From a virus: 64,000 bases of DNA. The position numbers were made by a program, and so were the translations under genes. The stretch covers positions 1 through 64,000 of IMG/VR virus record IMGVR_UViG_3300031722_000011; one strand, given 5' to 3'. The notes beneath the pieces were generated by a model that did no database searches, was not told where the DNA came from, and saw nothing but the letters and a program-made list of their open reading frames with translations. Positions 28,849-38,917 of the stretch are shown here, in pieces (position 1 is the stretch's first letter; every line of letters begins with the position of its first letter).

Positions 28849-29049
28849 ATGGGAGAAAAAGAATACAATCAACAAAGAGAATCTAAGAAACATAAAAGAA
28901 GAGTACAAAAAGTTATATGTCCTAATGCAGAATGCAAGGCTAAAATTATAGTTGAAGATGAAATAGAAAATGGCAATTTTAGTGAAATATCAGGAGTTAA
29001 ATTTATTGAGTGTCCGTCATGTGGACAAGACATTATAATTAAGAAATAA
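28849..29049 (+). CDS. small Zn-ribbon protein
   Basis: CPNAEC..ECPSCG. Confidence 0.7.
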   Translation: MGEKEYNQQRESKKHKRRVQKVICPNAECKAKIIVEDEIENGNFSEISGVKFIECPSCGQDIIIKK

Positions 29050-29074
29050 AATAGTAATATGGGAGAGAATTATT

Positions 29075-30307
29075 ATGGAAGAAAGGTATTTAAAATTAGA
29101 AGATGAGAGTAGAGAAAAATATATACATAGAATGTATTCTAATAAGGTTCAAAATAATTTAACAAATAGTCAAGTAAGAGAAATTGTAAATGAAGTATTA
29201 GATGTATCATGGCAAGAGAGCTATATGCGTGGTATTTTTAAAAACTATGAAATTGGATATTCTGAAGCATTGGAATCTTTAAAGAGTGAAAAAGAATGTA
29301 AAAACAAAATAGATGAAGTTGCAGAATTAATTGGTGAATTAGATTTAAAAAAGATGTTAGTTAGAAACGATACAACTAAGCTTAATAAAATTAAAAGAGA
29401 TTTTGTTAAAAATATTGAAATAGCAAATTACATAAATGAGTACATAGATAGAGAATGCGAAAACTTTTTGCCTTTATCTTATAAAAGAATAGAGAATGAA
29501 TCAGAAAAAACATTAATAGTTGGAATTTCAGACTGGCATGTAGGATATGTAATTAAGGATTATAAAGGCAATAGTTATAATTATGAAATTGCTAAAAAGA
29601 GATTAGCTAAATTCTTATCTGAAATTAAAAAGGAAATACATAAGAATGATATAACTAAGGTAATTGTAGTGCAAGCTGGAGATTTAACAGAAGGAATTTA
29701 TATGCGTGGGCAAGATCAATCATACAGTTGTGAATTTAATAGTAATGAACAAATAGTTATGGCTGAAGAATTATTATATGGCTTTGTTACAAGTATATCT
29801 GAAATGAAGGTAAATGTAGATTTATATTCAGTCGGTGGCAATCATCAAAGAGGAAACCAAGCTAACAAAGATTCCAATATTGAAGGAGATAACAATAACT
29901 TAGTGATAGTTAAGAATCTAAAGAAGTGGTTTACTTTAGCTAAAAATGATAGAGTAAATGTTTGTGATATTGATTTTAAAGAAGATTGTGGAGAATTTGA
30001 TTTAGGATTTGGAATTATTAAAGTCAAACATGGCGACAAGAGTCCTAAAAAAGATAAAGATTTTTATAATAGTGAAGTTAGTATGAATAATACAAGATAC
30101 TCAATGTTAATTAGGGGACACTATCATAATTTCAATATGAGTTCTCAAAATATGGGTGCATATGTGGTGACAATAGGTTCATTATTCGGATTTAATCCTT
30201 ATAGCGTAGATAAAGTTCAATGTACAACACATGCGAGTCAATCTCTAATTGTAGTTAACTATGATGGAGTTGAATATATCAGAGATATAAATTTACAAAT
30301 AAATTAA
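29075..30307 (+). CDS. calcineurin-like metallophosphoesterase
   Basis: SDWH, GD, GNH, HGD, GHYH motifs. Confidence 0.9.
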   Translation: MEERYLKLEDESREKYIHRMYSNKVQNNLTNSQVREIVNEVLDVSWQESYMRGIFKNYEIGYSEALESLKSEKECKNKIDEVAELIGELDLKKMLVRNDTTKLNKIKRDFVKNIEIANYINEYIDRECENFLPLSYKRIENESEKTLIVGISDWHVGYVIKDYKGNSYNYEIAKKRLAKFLSEIKKEIHKNDITKVIVVQAGDLTEGIYMRGQDQSYSCEFNSNEQIVMAEELLYGFVTSISEMKVNVDLYSVGGNHQRGNQANKDSNIEGDNNNLVIVKNLKKWFTLAKNDRVNVCDIDFKEDCGEFDLGFGIIKVKHGDKSPKKDKDFYNSEVSMNNTRYSMLIRGHYHNFNMSSQNMGAYVVTIGSLFGFNPYSVDKVQCTTHASQSLIVVNYDGVEYIRDINLQIN

Positions 30308-30339
30308 AAATAAAATAAAGGATTAAAATGGTGAAAGTT

Positions 30340-30939
30340 ATGGGAGAAATATATCAACCAATAAACCGTCTTTTAGAAGAAATGAAATTAAGTGATTACT
30401 TACATAAAAATATAATATACCTCGATACAGAAGTAGATAGAGATAGTCAAGTAATGTTTTGTAGACAATTAACAAAATTAGCAGAACAAGAATTAAGTAA
30501 ACCTGAAAAAGAAAGACAACCTATAAAAATAAGAATTTCAAGTTTTGGTGGTTGGGTTGTAAGTTTTATGGCTTTGGCAAGTATAATGTTGCATTATCAA
30601 GAAAAGGGAATAATCATAGAAACTTACTGTGATGGGTTTTGTATGTCAGCAGGAGCTTATCTTTTAATGTTAGGGACAAAAGGACATAGATATGCTACTA
30701 GATTTTCAGATATATTAATTCACCAAACTCAGTTTTCATGTGGTGGACATCAAACTTATAGAGAAAAAGAAAAGAGTTTTGAATACGATAAAAGAGATTG
30801 GAAAATGTTATGTGATTTAATGAGAGACTATACCGAATTATCAGAAGAAGATATTGAAGGATTAACAAAATATAACTTAGATATATCATTTAGTAGTATA
30901 GAAGCATTAGAACATGGAATAATTGATAAAATAATATAA
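30340..30939 (+). CDS. ClpP-like serine protease
   Basis: ISSFGG, GFCMSAG (catalytic Ser), LIHQ, EALEHGIIDKI. Confidence 0.85.
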   Translation: MGEIYQPINRLLEEMKLSDYLHKNIIYLDTEVDRDSQVMFCRQLTKLAEQELSKPEKERQPIKIRISSFGGWVVSFMALASIMLHYQEKGIIIETYCDGFCMSAGAYLLMLGTKGHRYATRFSDILIHQTQFSCGGHQTYREKEKSFEYDKRDWKMLCDLMRDYTELSEEDIEGLTKYNLDISFSSIEALEHGIIDKII

Positions 30940-30957
30940 GGATTATGGTGAGAGAAT

Positions 30958-31341
30958 ATGTGTAAAGAAGAATTAAATCAAATTGAAGATATTGAAGATG
31001 AAATTAACGAAGAAATGACATTAGATGATATGTCTAAAGACCAGTTAATTAATGTTATTGAACAATTAATGAGTTCAAAAGAAGTTGATATTAATACTGA
31101 AAATGTACAAGAGTTAGAATTAAATCCACAAGAATTCCAAGCTGGAATAGACTCAATATCATTTTTAGTAGGTCAATATTCAGCTTTAAAGAGTGTTGGT
31201 ATTGATTCTACAAGTGCAATTGATGTTATTCTTAATGAAAGAAATATTGAGTATAATCTTGAACTTAATAGAATGACTTGTGATAATAATAAAGAAATTG
31301 CTAAAACTCAACAAACAATTACCGAGCAAAACCAACCATAA
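30958..31341 (+). CDS. hypothetical acidic protein
   Basis: ORF within the operon. Confidence 0.65.
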   Translation: MCKEELNQIEDIEDEINEEMTLDDMSKDQLINVIEQLMSSKEVDINTENVQELELNPQEFQAGIDSISFLVGQYSALKSVGIDSTSAIDVILNERNIEYNLELNRMTCDNNKEIAKTQQTITEQNQP

Positions 31342-31355
31342 GTGAGGTAACATAT

Positions 31356-31544
31356 ATGGCTAAATATGATGATGTTCATGAAAACATTGGTGAAATATTT
31401 GTATCAGAATTATTTTCTAGTATCGATAATGAAAATATAATAAGTGATGAATTATTTAAAAGAAAATTGGTAAACAAATTTATTGAAGCAATTAATGAAT
31501 TACAAGAAGCAATGGATTCTATAAATTCATTAAAAACCAAATGA
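31356..31544 (+). CDS. hypothetical protein
   Basis: GAGG RBS. Confidence 0.55.
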   Translation: MAKYDDVHENIGEIFVSELFSSIDNENIISDELFKRKLVNKFIEAINELQEAMDSINSLKTK

Positions 31545-31635
31545 TAAATTAATGTACAAATCAATATAAAAGTAATGTTTTATTGACTGTTAAAGATTAG
31601 AAATAAATTACAAAACACAAGGAGGAAAATAAAAA

Positions 31636-31994
31636 ATGAAATTAGCAAATGGAATTCAATTTAATGATGGTACGAATTTAGAAGAATTTAAAGCACAAGT
31701 AGATTTACTTTCGGGTGCATCTGTTGAAGGTTCTAGCAATACAGATACGTCTTATGTAGATAATAAAGTAAGGAGGTTAAAGCTGAAATTACTGATGCTT
31801 TAGGAAAAGAAATAGCTGATTTATCTGCAAAGGTAAGTGGTATAGTAGTTCCTGATGTTAGTGGACTTGCTAAAGCAGAAGATGTAGATAGTAAGATTGC
31901 TACAGTTGTGGCTAGTTTGAATCAATTGATTACTGATTTACAAGCTGGAAAATATAATAGCATTGCTACAGATGTTAGTGCTACAACAGTATAA
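31636..31994 (+). pseudogene. ~119-aa gene broken by a -1 frameshift near 31767-31773
   Basis: strong AAGGAGG RBS; MKLANGIQF..SYVDNKV then continues in the -1 frame as EVKAEITDALGKE..ATTV* with typical codon usage; terminator follows. Confidence 0.65.
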
Positions 31995-32118
31995 TAATAA
32001 GATTATATGGATTAGATGACTAGGTGAATTTTGCCTAGTCTTTTAATTAAATTTTATTGTTTAGTAATGTTTATCTATATTGGTAAGCAATTAAAATAAT
32101 AAAAGGAGTTTGATAAAA

Positions 32119-32730
32119 ATGAGTGAGATGAGAGTTTATCAAGAAAAAATGTTAAATAGTAAAAAGGAAATTGTAGTATGTAATTGGGAACGTGGAGAAG
32201 GTAAAACTTATTCTATATTTAGAAAAATTATGGAGAATAAAAATGGTAAGTATTTATATATTTCACCTTTTGAACCGAGAGCATTGCAAGATTATTTTAG
32301 AGAGTATGTTTATGAAGAAAATATTTTGATTAAATTGCACAAATGTTCTAGAGATAAAATTAGTATAGAATTTAACAATGGAGATATATTGGAAGTATTT
32401 TGTTATAAACCTAATAATGAACCAAGAGCATTGAGAAATATTAGCATTACATTTTTTGATGAGTATTATCCTAGTAAAGAATATATAGATAGTATAGTTA
32501 AACCTAAAGATGTTATACAAATATTTATAATGATGAGTAATAATACTATTGAATACATAGATAGTAGAACAAATAAAATTACTCGTAGTAATTTCTGTGA
32601 TATTCAAATAGAAGAATTAATGATTGAATATGCTGAAACACCTAAGAATAAAAATACAACTTTATCAAGAGAAAATATATTAAAACAAATTAATGTATTA
32701 CAAAATATGAGGTGTGGCAACAAGGAGTAG
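32119..32730 (+). CDS. truncated terminase-like P-loop protein
   Basis: YQEKML, WERGEGKT (Walker A-like), ITFFDEY (Walker B-like). Confidence 0.6.
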   Translation: MSEMRVYQEKMLNSKKEIVVCNWERGEGKTYSIFRKIMENKNGKYLYISPFEPRALQDYFREYVYEENILIKLHKCSRDKISIEFNNGDILEVFCYKPNNEPRALRNISITFFDEYYPSKEYIDSIVKPKDVIQIFIMMSNNTIEYIDSRTNKITRSNFCDIQIEELMIEYAETPKNKNTTLSRENILKQINVLQNMRCGNKE

Positions 32731-33005
32731 ATTTATACTCTACGAGGTTGTCATGCTAACGCATGATTTATTGTTGCGTAATCAGAGATTACTTACAATA
32801 TAAATTGATTTTAAATGTGAATGAATTTGACTAGATGATTTAGTTTATCTAGTCTCTTTTATTATTTTTGTAGTGCTTATTTTTTATAGGAATGGGTAGT
32901 TATAAATAATAAATAAATTAAAAATAATATTGTTGTAAATTAGTATTCTATATGGTAATATTATCTTAAGAATACTTAAATAAATTATATAGGAGGAATT
33001 TGAAT

Positions 33006-33296
33006 ATGGAAAAGGTAAATTATAAATATAGTCAATCAGAAATGGTGGCTTACCTACTGCTCAATGGTTATACATATAATAATGTTGAGGTAAAAGAAAA
33101 TAAAAGATATAAAGGTGATTATAAAGTATTCTTTTATATTGAAGGCTATAAGAATGAATTAATTAAATTAGAACAAGATTTCAAAAATAAAACCAATATA
33201 TGTCTACAGGATTATATTAACAAACTATTGCAAGTGAAGAAAGTAATAGCTGATGCTATTAGAACTCAAAATAATGCGAAGAACAAAGAAGAGTAA
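33006..33296 (+). CDS. hypothetical protein
   Basis: AGGAGG RBS; co-transcribed with downstream HTH gene. Confidence 0.65.
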   Translation: MEKVNYKYSQSEMVAYLLLNGYTYNNVEVKENKRYKGDYKVFFYIEGYKNELIKLEQDFKNKTNICLQDYINKLLQVKKVIADAIRTQNNAKNKEE

Positions 33297-33435
33297 GTTT
33301 GTAAAGTGTTGATATAACTAATGTTGAACAAATTAAATATGATTGTTAAATATGAAAGACTGAACTACATGCAGTATTAACTGTTGTGACGTTCAGTCTT
33401 TTGTTATGTGTAAAAATAAATTTTAAGGAGGCATT

Positions 33436-34104
33436 ATGAAGATGCAAAATAATAATATAGGTGAATTGATAAGAGATTTTATAATTGAAGAAGATAGTAA
33501 GTTTTTAGAAATACAAGGTGGAAGTTTTATTCAGTCTGAAAATGGTGAATTTATAACAAAATCAGAACATGATAAGATAATACAAACTAAATTAGAAAAG
33601 TATAAAACAGAAATGTTTGCTACTGCTAATTACGTGTCTAATACTGAATTTGGTATAGGGAACGAGCAAAGTTTAACTAAGAAAAAAGTTAAAAAGAAAA
33701 AGAGTGGTAAAGCAAGAGAAAATTTTGATAATGGTGAATTCAATATAGTTTATAGAAATAAAATTGAGGGAGTGATGAACATGAAATTAAATACAAATGA
33801 AAAGTTGGTATTTTACATAATGAGAGATTTCATTCAGCATCCTACTAATTGTATTGTAATTAATGATCACATACCTACTATCAAAGAATTAGAACCAATT
33901 ATAGGATTAACTGAAAGAAGTATAATTACTGCTTTGAAATCTTTAGAAGATAAAAATATGTTAAAAAGAGTTCAATATGGTCATAAGAAATCTATTTATA
34001 TAAATCCAGAATATTATACATCAGGCAAGGAACTTGATTTAGATAGTTTAAAGTTATTCGGATTAGTGAAAATTGATAATGAAAAAGTTGAAAGTTATTT
34101 ATAA
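33436..34104 (+). CDS. RepL/MarR-like wHTH protein
   Basis: PTIKELEPIIGLTERSIITALKSLEDK..IYINPEY. Confidence 0.7.
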   Translation: MKMQNNNIGELIRDFIIEEDSKFLEIQGGSFIQSENGEFITKSEHDKIIQTKLEKYKTEMFATANYVSNTEFGIGNEQSLTKKKVKKKKSGKARENFDNGEFNIVYRNKIEGVMNMKLNTNEKLVFYIMRDFIQHPTNCIVINDHIPTIKELEPIIGLTERSIITALKSLEDKNMLKRVQYGHKKSIYINPEYYTSGKELDLDSLKLFGLVKIDNEKVESYL

Positions 34105-34161
34105 AATAAATTAAAAATAAATAAGCTATGTGATATTAGCAATTCAAGGAGGAATTTGATT

Positions 34162-35367
34162 ATGTTATTAAGTAAAAAAGTAGAAGTAAATTGGACGAAC
34201 TATAATAGAAAATGGTATGAGAGTAAGGGATATATATTTACTAGAAAAGAAGATGTATTTGAGGTAAAAGTTGAAGATTTAACATTAAGTTCGCAAGCAT
34301 TAGTACGTGCGAAATGTGATTATTGTGATGAAATATATGAAACAACATATCAAAAATATAACAACAATAGAGATAGATGTATAGTTAAAAAAGACGCTTG
34401 TAAGAAGCATAAATATGAGAAGCTTAAAGAAGCTAATATGATTAAGTATGGAGTAGAGAATGTAAAACAATTAGAATCTTCTAAAGAAAAGGCTAGACAA
34501 ACTCAATTAGATAGATATGGTGCTACAAATGTTATGAAATTAGATAAATACAAAGATAAATTAAAAGATACTATGATATCAAAATATGGTGTAGAGAATC
34601 CAATGTATGTAAATGAATTTAAGGATAAAATCAAAGAAACTAATTTAGAACGTTATGGAACTGAATGCAGTATGAATAATGAAGAGATACGGAGTAAAAT
34701 AATACAAAATAATGTTGAAAAATACGGAGTAGAATACTATAGTCAAACAGATGAATGTAAAGATAAGGTTAAACAAACTAGTTTAGATAAGTTTGGAAAA
34801 GAATATTATATGCAGACAGACGAATGGAAAGATAAAATAATAGAAACTTGCAATGATAAATATGGAGTAGATAATATATCTCAGACTCAAGATGTTAAAA
34901 ATAAAAAATCAGAATCATTTTATAAAAATGGAACAGTTAAAACATCTAATCAACAAAGATATTTGTGGAAATTACTAGGTGGAGAATTAAACTATAGCAA
35001 TGAAACTCCTAGTTTAGATATTGCTTTTCCTAATGAAAAAATTTATTTAGAGTTTAATGGATCAGGGCATGATTTATGTGTAAAAATGGGAAATATGACT
35101 CAATCACAACATGATAATAGAGAACGTGCAAGATATTATTATATGAAAAAGCGAGGTTGGAAAGGTATATTTATAAATTCATCTAGAGATTATTTGCCTA
35201 CTGATGAAATAATATTAGACGAAATTAATAAAGCTAAAGAATGGTTTAGCATAGAAGGTAAAAATCATAGTCACTATAATATTGATATTGGGATATTAAT
35301 AAATGATGAAATGTATGGAAAGTTAAGAAAAATAAAAGAAAAAGACTTAGAAGTTGCTAATTTTTAG
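34162..35367 (+). CDS. free-standing endonuclease with K.T.LERYG repeats
   Basis: six or seven ~23-aa repeats (K..ETNLERYG..); C-terminal LDIAF..IYLEFNGSGH PD-(D/E)xK-like domain. Confidence 0.75.
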   Translation: MLLSKKVEVNWTNYNRKWYESKGYIFTRKEDVFEVKVEDLTLSSQALVRAKCDYCDEIYETTYQKYNNNRDRCIVKKDACKKHKYEKLKEANMIKYGVENVKQLESSKEKARQTQLDRYGATNVMKLDKYKDKLKDTMISKYGVENPMYVNEFKDKIKETNLERYGTECSMNNEEIRSKIIQNNVEKYGVEYYSQTDECKDKVKQTSLDKFGKEYYMQTDEWKDKIIETCNDKYGVDNISQTQDVKNKKSESFYKNGTVKTSNQQRYLWKLLGGELNYSNETPSLDIAFPNEKIYLEFNGSGHDLCVKMGNMTQSQHDNRERARYYYMKKRGWKGIFINSSRDYLPTDEIILDEINKAKEWFSIEGKNHSHYNIDIGILINDEMYGKLRKIKEKDLEVANF

Positions 35368-35411
35368 TAGCTTCTTTTTGTATGTAGAAATATAAAGGAA
35401 GTGAAAATAAA

Positions 35412-35753
35412 ATGAGTTTTAAACCAGTAATAGGTATATTTATATCCAATGAAAAAGAATTAGAGAATTTATTAGATAGTTATCCATATAAAGACGAGGT
35501 TGCAAAAACTAATAGAATTTCTTTTAATGTTAGAATTATGGAATTTGAACATTATGATTTAAAAATATTTTATAGTGTGAATCAAAGTGCAAGAGGTTAT
35601 AGATTTAGCAATGTTATAGTATCACAATCTATAATGAAAAGTATTGAAAATAGTAGTAATAATAATGATGATTATATAGGAATGTTATATAACTTTATAA
35701 ATCCGTATAATTATTTTGGTGCAAATATTAATGTTGTTGATTTGAGTTGGTAA
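35412..35753 (+). CDS. hypothetical protein
   Basis: ORF with RBS; ARGYRFSNVIV. Confidence 0.6.
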   Translation: MSFKPVIGIFISNEKELENLLDSYPYKDEVAKTNRISFNVRIMEFEHYDLKIFYSVNQSARGYRFSNVIVSQSIMKSIENSSNNNDDYIGMLYNFINPYNYFGANINVVDLSW

Positions 35754-35764
35754 AGGAGACTTTA

Positions 35765-36046
35765 ATGAAATATAATCCTAAAATAATAGCCCTATATAAA
35801 GAAGATAATGAATTAAATAATGTTCTCATATCAAGATTATTACAATATGAAAATATCGAAGTTAAAACTATAAAGATAAATAAAAAATCAGATTATTATA
35901 ATTTACATGGTACTAGAATAGATGGACTTTATATATCTAGTAAATTATATGGAGTAATTTTAGAAGATGATATTTTAGATGTATTAGAGCCAATGCTAAA
36001 CGTAAGTATATTTAATTCAAGGATTATATGGTTTAGTGAAGAGTAA
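35765..36046 (+). CDS. hypothetical protein
   Basis: AAGGAG RBS; LHGTRIDGLYI. Confidence 0.6.
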   Translation: MKYNPKIIALYKEDNELNNVLISRLLQYENIEVKTIKINKKSDYYNLHGTRIDGLYISSKLYGVILEDDILDVLEPMLNVSIFNSRIIWFSEE

Positions 36047-36076
36047 TAAAAACAAAATAAAGGAGGTGTATTAATC

Positions 36077-37117
36077 GTGGCAAAAAAAGCACAAGGTAAT
36101 ACAGAGATGACAGATAGAGAACTAATATATTGTACAGGTTGTGACCACGATAAGAAACCTAGTGAATTCTATAAAAGTTATGGCACAACTAAATCTGGCA
36201 CACTACCATACTGTAAACAATGTTGTATAAATATGAGTTTAAATAATATTGGAAGTTTAGATGTTGATAATTTTAAAAATATGTTATCTAAGGTAGATAG
36301 ACCATTTCTATATCAAACATTAGCCGATAATTTAAAAAAATATCCTAACAAAATAGAATCTGCTATAGGTTTTTATTTTAAGGATTTAGGCATGGTTCAA
36401 AATAGAGGATCTAAGTATAAAGATAGTATTTTTGAACCTAGTAATATTAATGAAAATTCAGCAAGTAGTATTATTACTTCAAAAAAAGCAAAATATGAAA
36501 TAGAAGATATGACATATGAACAATTAGAAGATAAATATGGTGTGGGATATACAGATGAAGAATACTATTGTTTTGAGAAAAAATGGAGAAAACTTGCAGA
36601 TAGTTATGGTCAAAAAACATCAATACATACAGAATCGTTGACTACATATATAAGATTCAGAGTCAAAGAAGAGTTAGCAACAGCAAAAGGTGATGTAGCA
36701 GAAGCTACTAAATGGGGAGGATTAGCTGAAAAAGCTCAACAGTCTGGAAAGCTAAATGTATCTCAATTAAGTAAATCGGACATAAGTGGCGGAGTTGATC
36801 TACTGCCTCAATTATTTGAAGCAGTAGAAGATAAAGTTGGCATAATTCCAATTCTTCCTAAATTAAAAGAACAACCATATGACGATGCTGATTTGATAAT
36901 ATGGTCAATTATAGAATATATGCAAAGATTAGAGGATAAACCAAGAACACAATATAAAGATATATGGAATTTTTATGATGAAATGCTTGTAGATTTTTAC
37001 AAGCAAAAAGGTTTTTCTGATGAAAAAATACAAGAAGAAAGAAATAAAAGAAATGCTGTATTTAGAGATTTAACAGACGTATATAAAGAACCATTATATG
37101 AAGATGGTGATATATAA
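36077..37117 (+). CDS. Zn-finger packaging-region protein (putative small terminase)
   Basis: CxxC..CxxC; TAATG-coupled to the large terminase. Confidence 0.55.
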   Translation: MAKKAQGNTEMTDRELIYCTGCDHDKKPSEFYKSYGTTKSGTLPYCKQCCINMSLNNIGSLDVDNFKNMLSKVDRPFLYQTLADNLKKYPNKIESAIGFYFKDLGMVQNRGSKYKDSIFEPSNINENSASSIITSKKAKYEIEDMTYEQLEDKYGVGYTDEEYYCFEKKWRKLADSYGQKTSIHTESLTTYIRFRVKEELATAKGDVAEATKWGGLAEKAQQSGKLNVSQLSKSDISGGVDLLPQLFEAVEDKVGIIPILPKLKEQPYDDADLIIWSIIEYMQRLEDKPRTQYKDIWNFYDEMLVDFYKQKGFSDEKIQEERNKRNAVFRDLTDVYKEPLYEDGDI

Positions 37118-38889
37118 TGGGTACTTATGAAAACTTCAAAGATAATGATAAATATTCAGAGAGCAGAACGGATATATATAATCCATCTTTTGAATCACCA
37201 GTTAAGCCTTCTGATGAAAATGGAAATATTGTAGATAGGCATATTGAAGAATTTACTGAATTATGTTCATTTTTAAGATTTTATCCTGATATATTTTGGG
37301 ATATGTATAAGCCCGAAAGGGGAGGATTGACATTTGACCTACATCAAAGAGTAATGCTAAGAGCTTTATCTAGATTTGGAGAAAATTATTTCTGTGCTCC
37401 TAGAGGAATATCTAAAACTTTAGTACATGTTATGGCACAATATCATACTTGTTGTTGTTTTCCTAATATAACTACTTCACTAACTGCCTCAACTAAAGAG
37501 TCGGCAGTAAAAATATGGAGAGATAAGCATGATGAAATATTAAGATTCTATCCTGCTTTTGCTGATAATATAAGAAAAGCAAATTTTAGTAAAGATTATG
37601 GAATGGTTGAATTTGTTAATGGTTCAATAATTGATAGTTTGGCTAACTCCCAACAATCTAAAGGATTGAGGCGAAGAAGGGGTGGATTGGAAGAATCGGC
37701 ATTAATAGACAAAGAAACCTACGATGATGCAATTGAGCCTATTTTCAATATAAGTAGACCTACTATGACAGGAGCAATTGATCCAGAAGAATTAAATGGG
37801 CAAATAAACAGATATACAACGTCTGGATATAAGAACAGCGATGAGTATGACCAAATATTAAAAGTTTTACATGGTATGATTAATTTAGATGGTTCTTTTG
37901 TTTTTGGTTCAGATTGGAGAATTCCTATTCATTTTGGAAGACAAAAAATGTCTACAATTATTAAAGCAAGGGATAGAAACGTAATTAGATTCAGACAAAA
38001 TTATCTGTGTGATTGGATAGGTGTAAGTGATGGTGGATTAATTAATATATCAAAACTTATAAAGGCAAGAACACTAGATAAAAATGATATGGAATTTGAA
38101 TGTACTAAAGATAAAAAAGGAAATTTTGAATTAAATGAATATGTTATCTCTATGGACGTAGCTAGAAGTGAAAGTGAGAATAATAATAAAACTGCTATAA
38201 TTATTTTAAAAGTAATTAGAAATAAGAACGGTAAGATAAGACAAGTTAGAGTAGTAAATATAATAACTCCTCCTAATGGATTTAATTTTAGTGAACAAAC
38301 TGCAATAGTTAAGAGATTATTTTATAAATATGGTGGAAGTTTAGATGAAACTAAAAGTCGAGTAAAAGCAATAATTGTCGATGCAAACGGAGTTGGAAGT
38401 GCATGTGTAGATTGTTTTTTAGAAGAGCAAACTGATAATGAAACCAATGAAGAATTAGGGTGTTTTGCAACAATAAATACAGACCAAAAGCCACAAACTG
38501 CTGATGCTCCAAAAATGATATATGCTTTAAAGGCTCAATCTTGCAATAAAGAAATGATAGTAAATTTTATAAATTATGTTGAATCCTCAAGGCTTAAATT
38601 AATTAAAAAAATAGACAATGATGATTTAGCAGACATAGATACAAGTATTTCGAATGATGGAAAAGTTATAATAGAACAACAATCTAAACAAGTACAAAAA
38701 CTAATAGATGAGGTTTCAAATTTAAAATTAAAAACAACAGAAAAAACAACTACGGTAATACAAGTGGTTAAAAAAATAGATAAAGATAGATATAGTTCTT
38801 TAATAATGGGATTATATTATATAAATACCTTTATGGATGTAATTGAAGATGATGATGACGATGAAGACCGTCAATACGTATTCTATTAG
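37117..38889 (+). CDS. terL: terminase large subunit
   Basis: APRGISKT Walker A, GLRR..LEESA, nuclease motifs SMDVAR, VDANGVG, KDRYSS. Confidence 0.9.
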   Translation: MGTYENFKDNDKYSESRTDIYNPSFESPVKPSDENGNIVDRHIEEFTELCSFLRFYPDIFWDMYKPERGGLTFDLHQRVMLRALSRFGENYFCAPRGISKTLVHVMAQYHTCCCFPNITTSLTASTKESAVKIWRDKHDEILRFYPAFADNIRKANFSKDYGMVEFVNGSIIDSLANSQQSKGLRRRRGGLEESALIDKETYDDAIEPIFNISRPTMTGAIDPEELNGQINRYTTSGYKNSDEYDQILKVLHGMINLDGSFVFGSDWRIPIHFGRQKMSTIIKARDRNVIRFRQNYLCDWIGVSDGGLINISKLIKARTLDKNDMEFECTKDKKGNFELNEYVISMDVARSESENNNKTAIIILKVIRNKNGKIRQVRVVNIITPPNGFNFSEQTAIVKRLFYKYGGSLDETKSRVKAIIVDANGVGSACVDCFLEEQTDNETNEELGCFATINTDQKPQTADAPKMIYALKAQSCNKEMIVNFINYVESSRLKLIKKIDNDDLADIDTSISNDGKVIIEQQSKQVQKLIDEVSNLKLKTTEKTTTVIQVVKKIDKDRYSSLIMGLYYINTFMDVIEDDDDDEDRQYVFY

Positions 38890-38917
38890 GATAAATAAAA
38901 TAAAAGGAGGTGTAAAC

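Noticed and set aside
200-33325. Loose TTGRTATCACTA-like motif (about 205, 12418, 22741 reverse, 33308)
   Set aside because: Too degenerate for an AT-rich genome to support by eye, and no cognate recombinase lies in the window.
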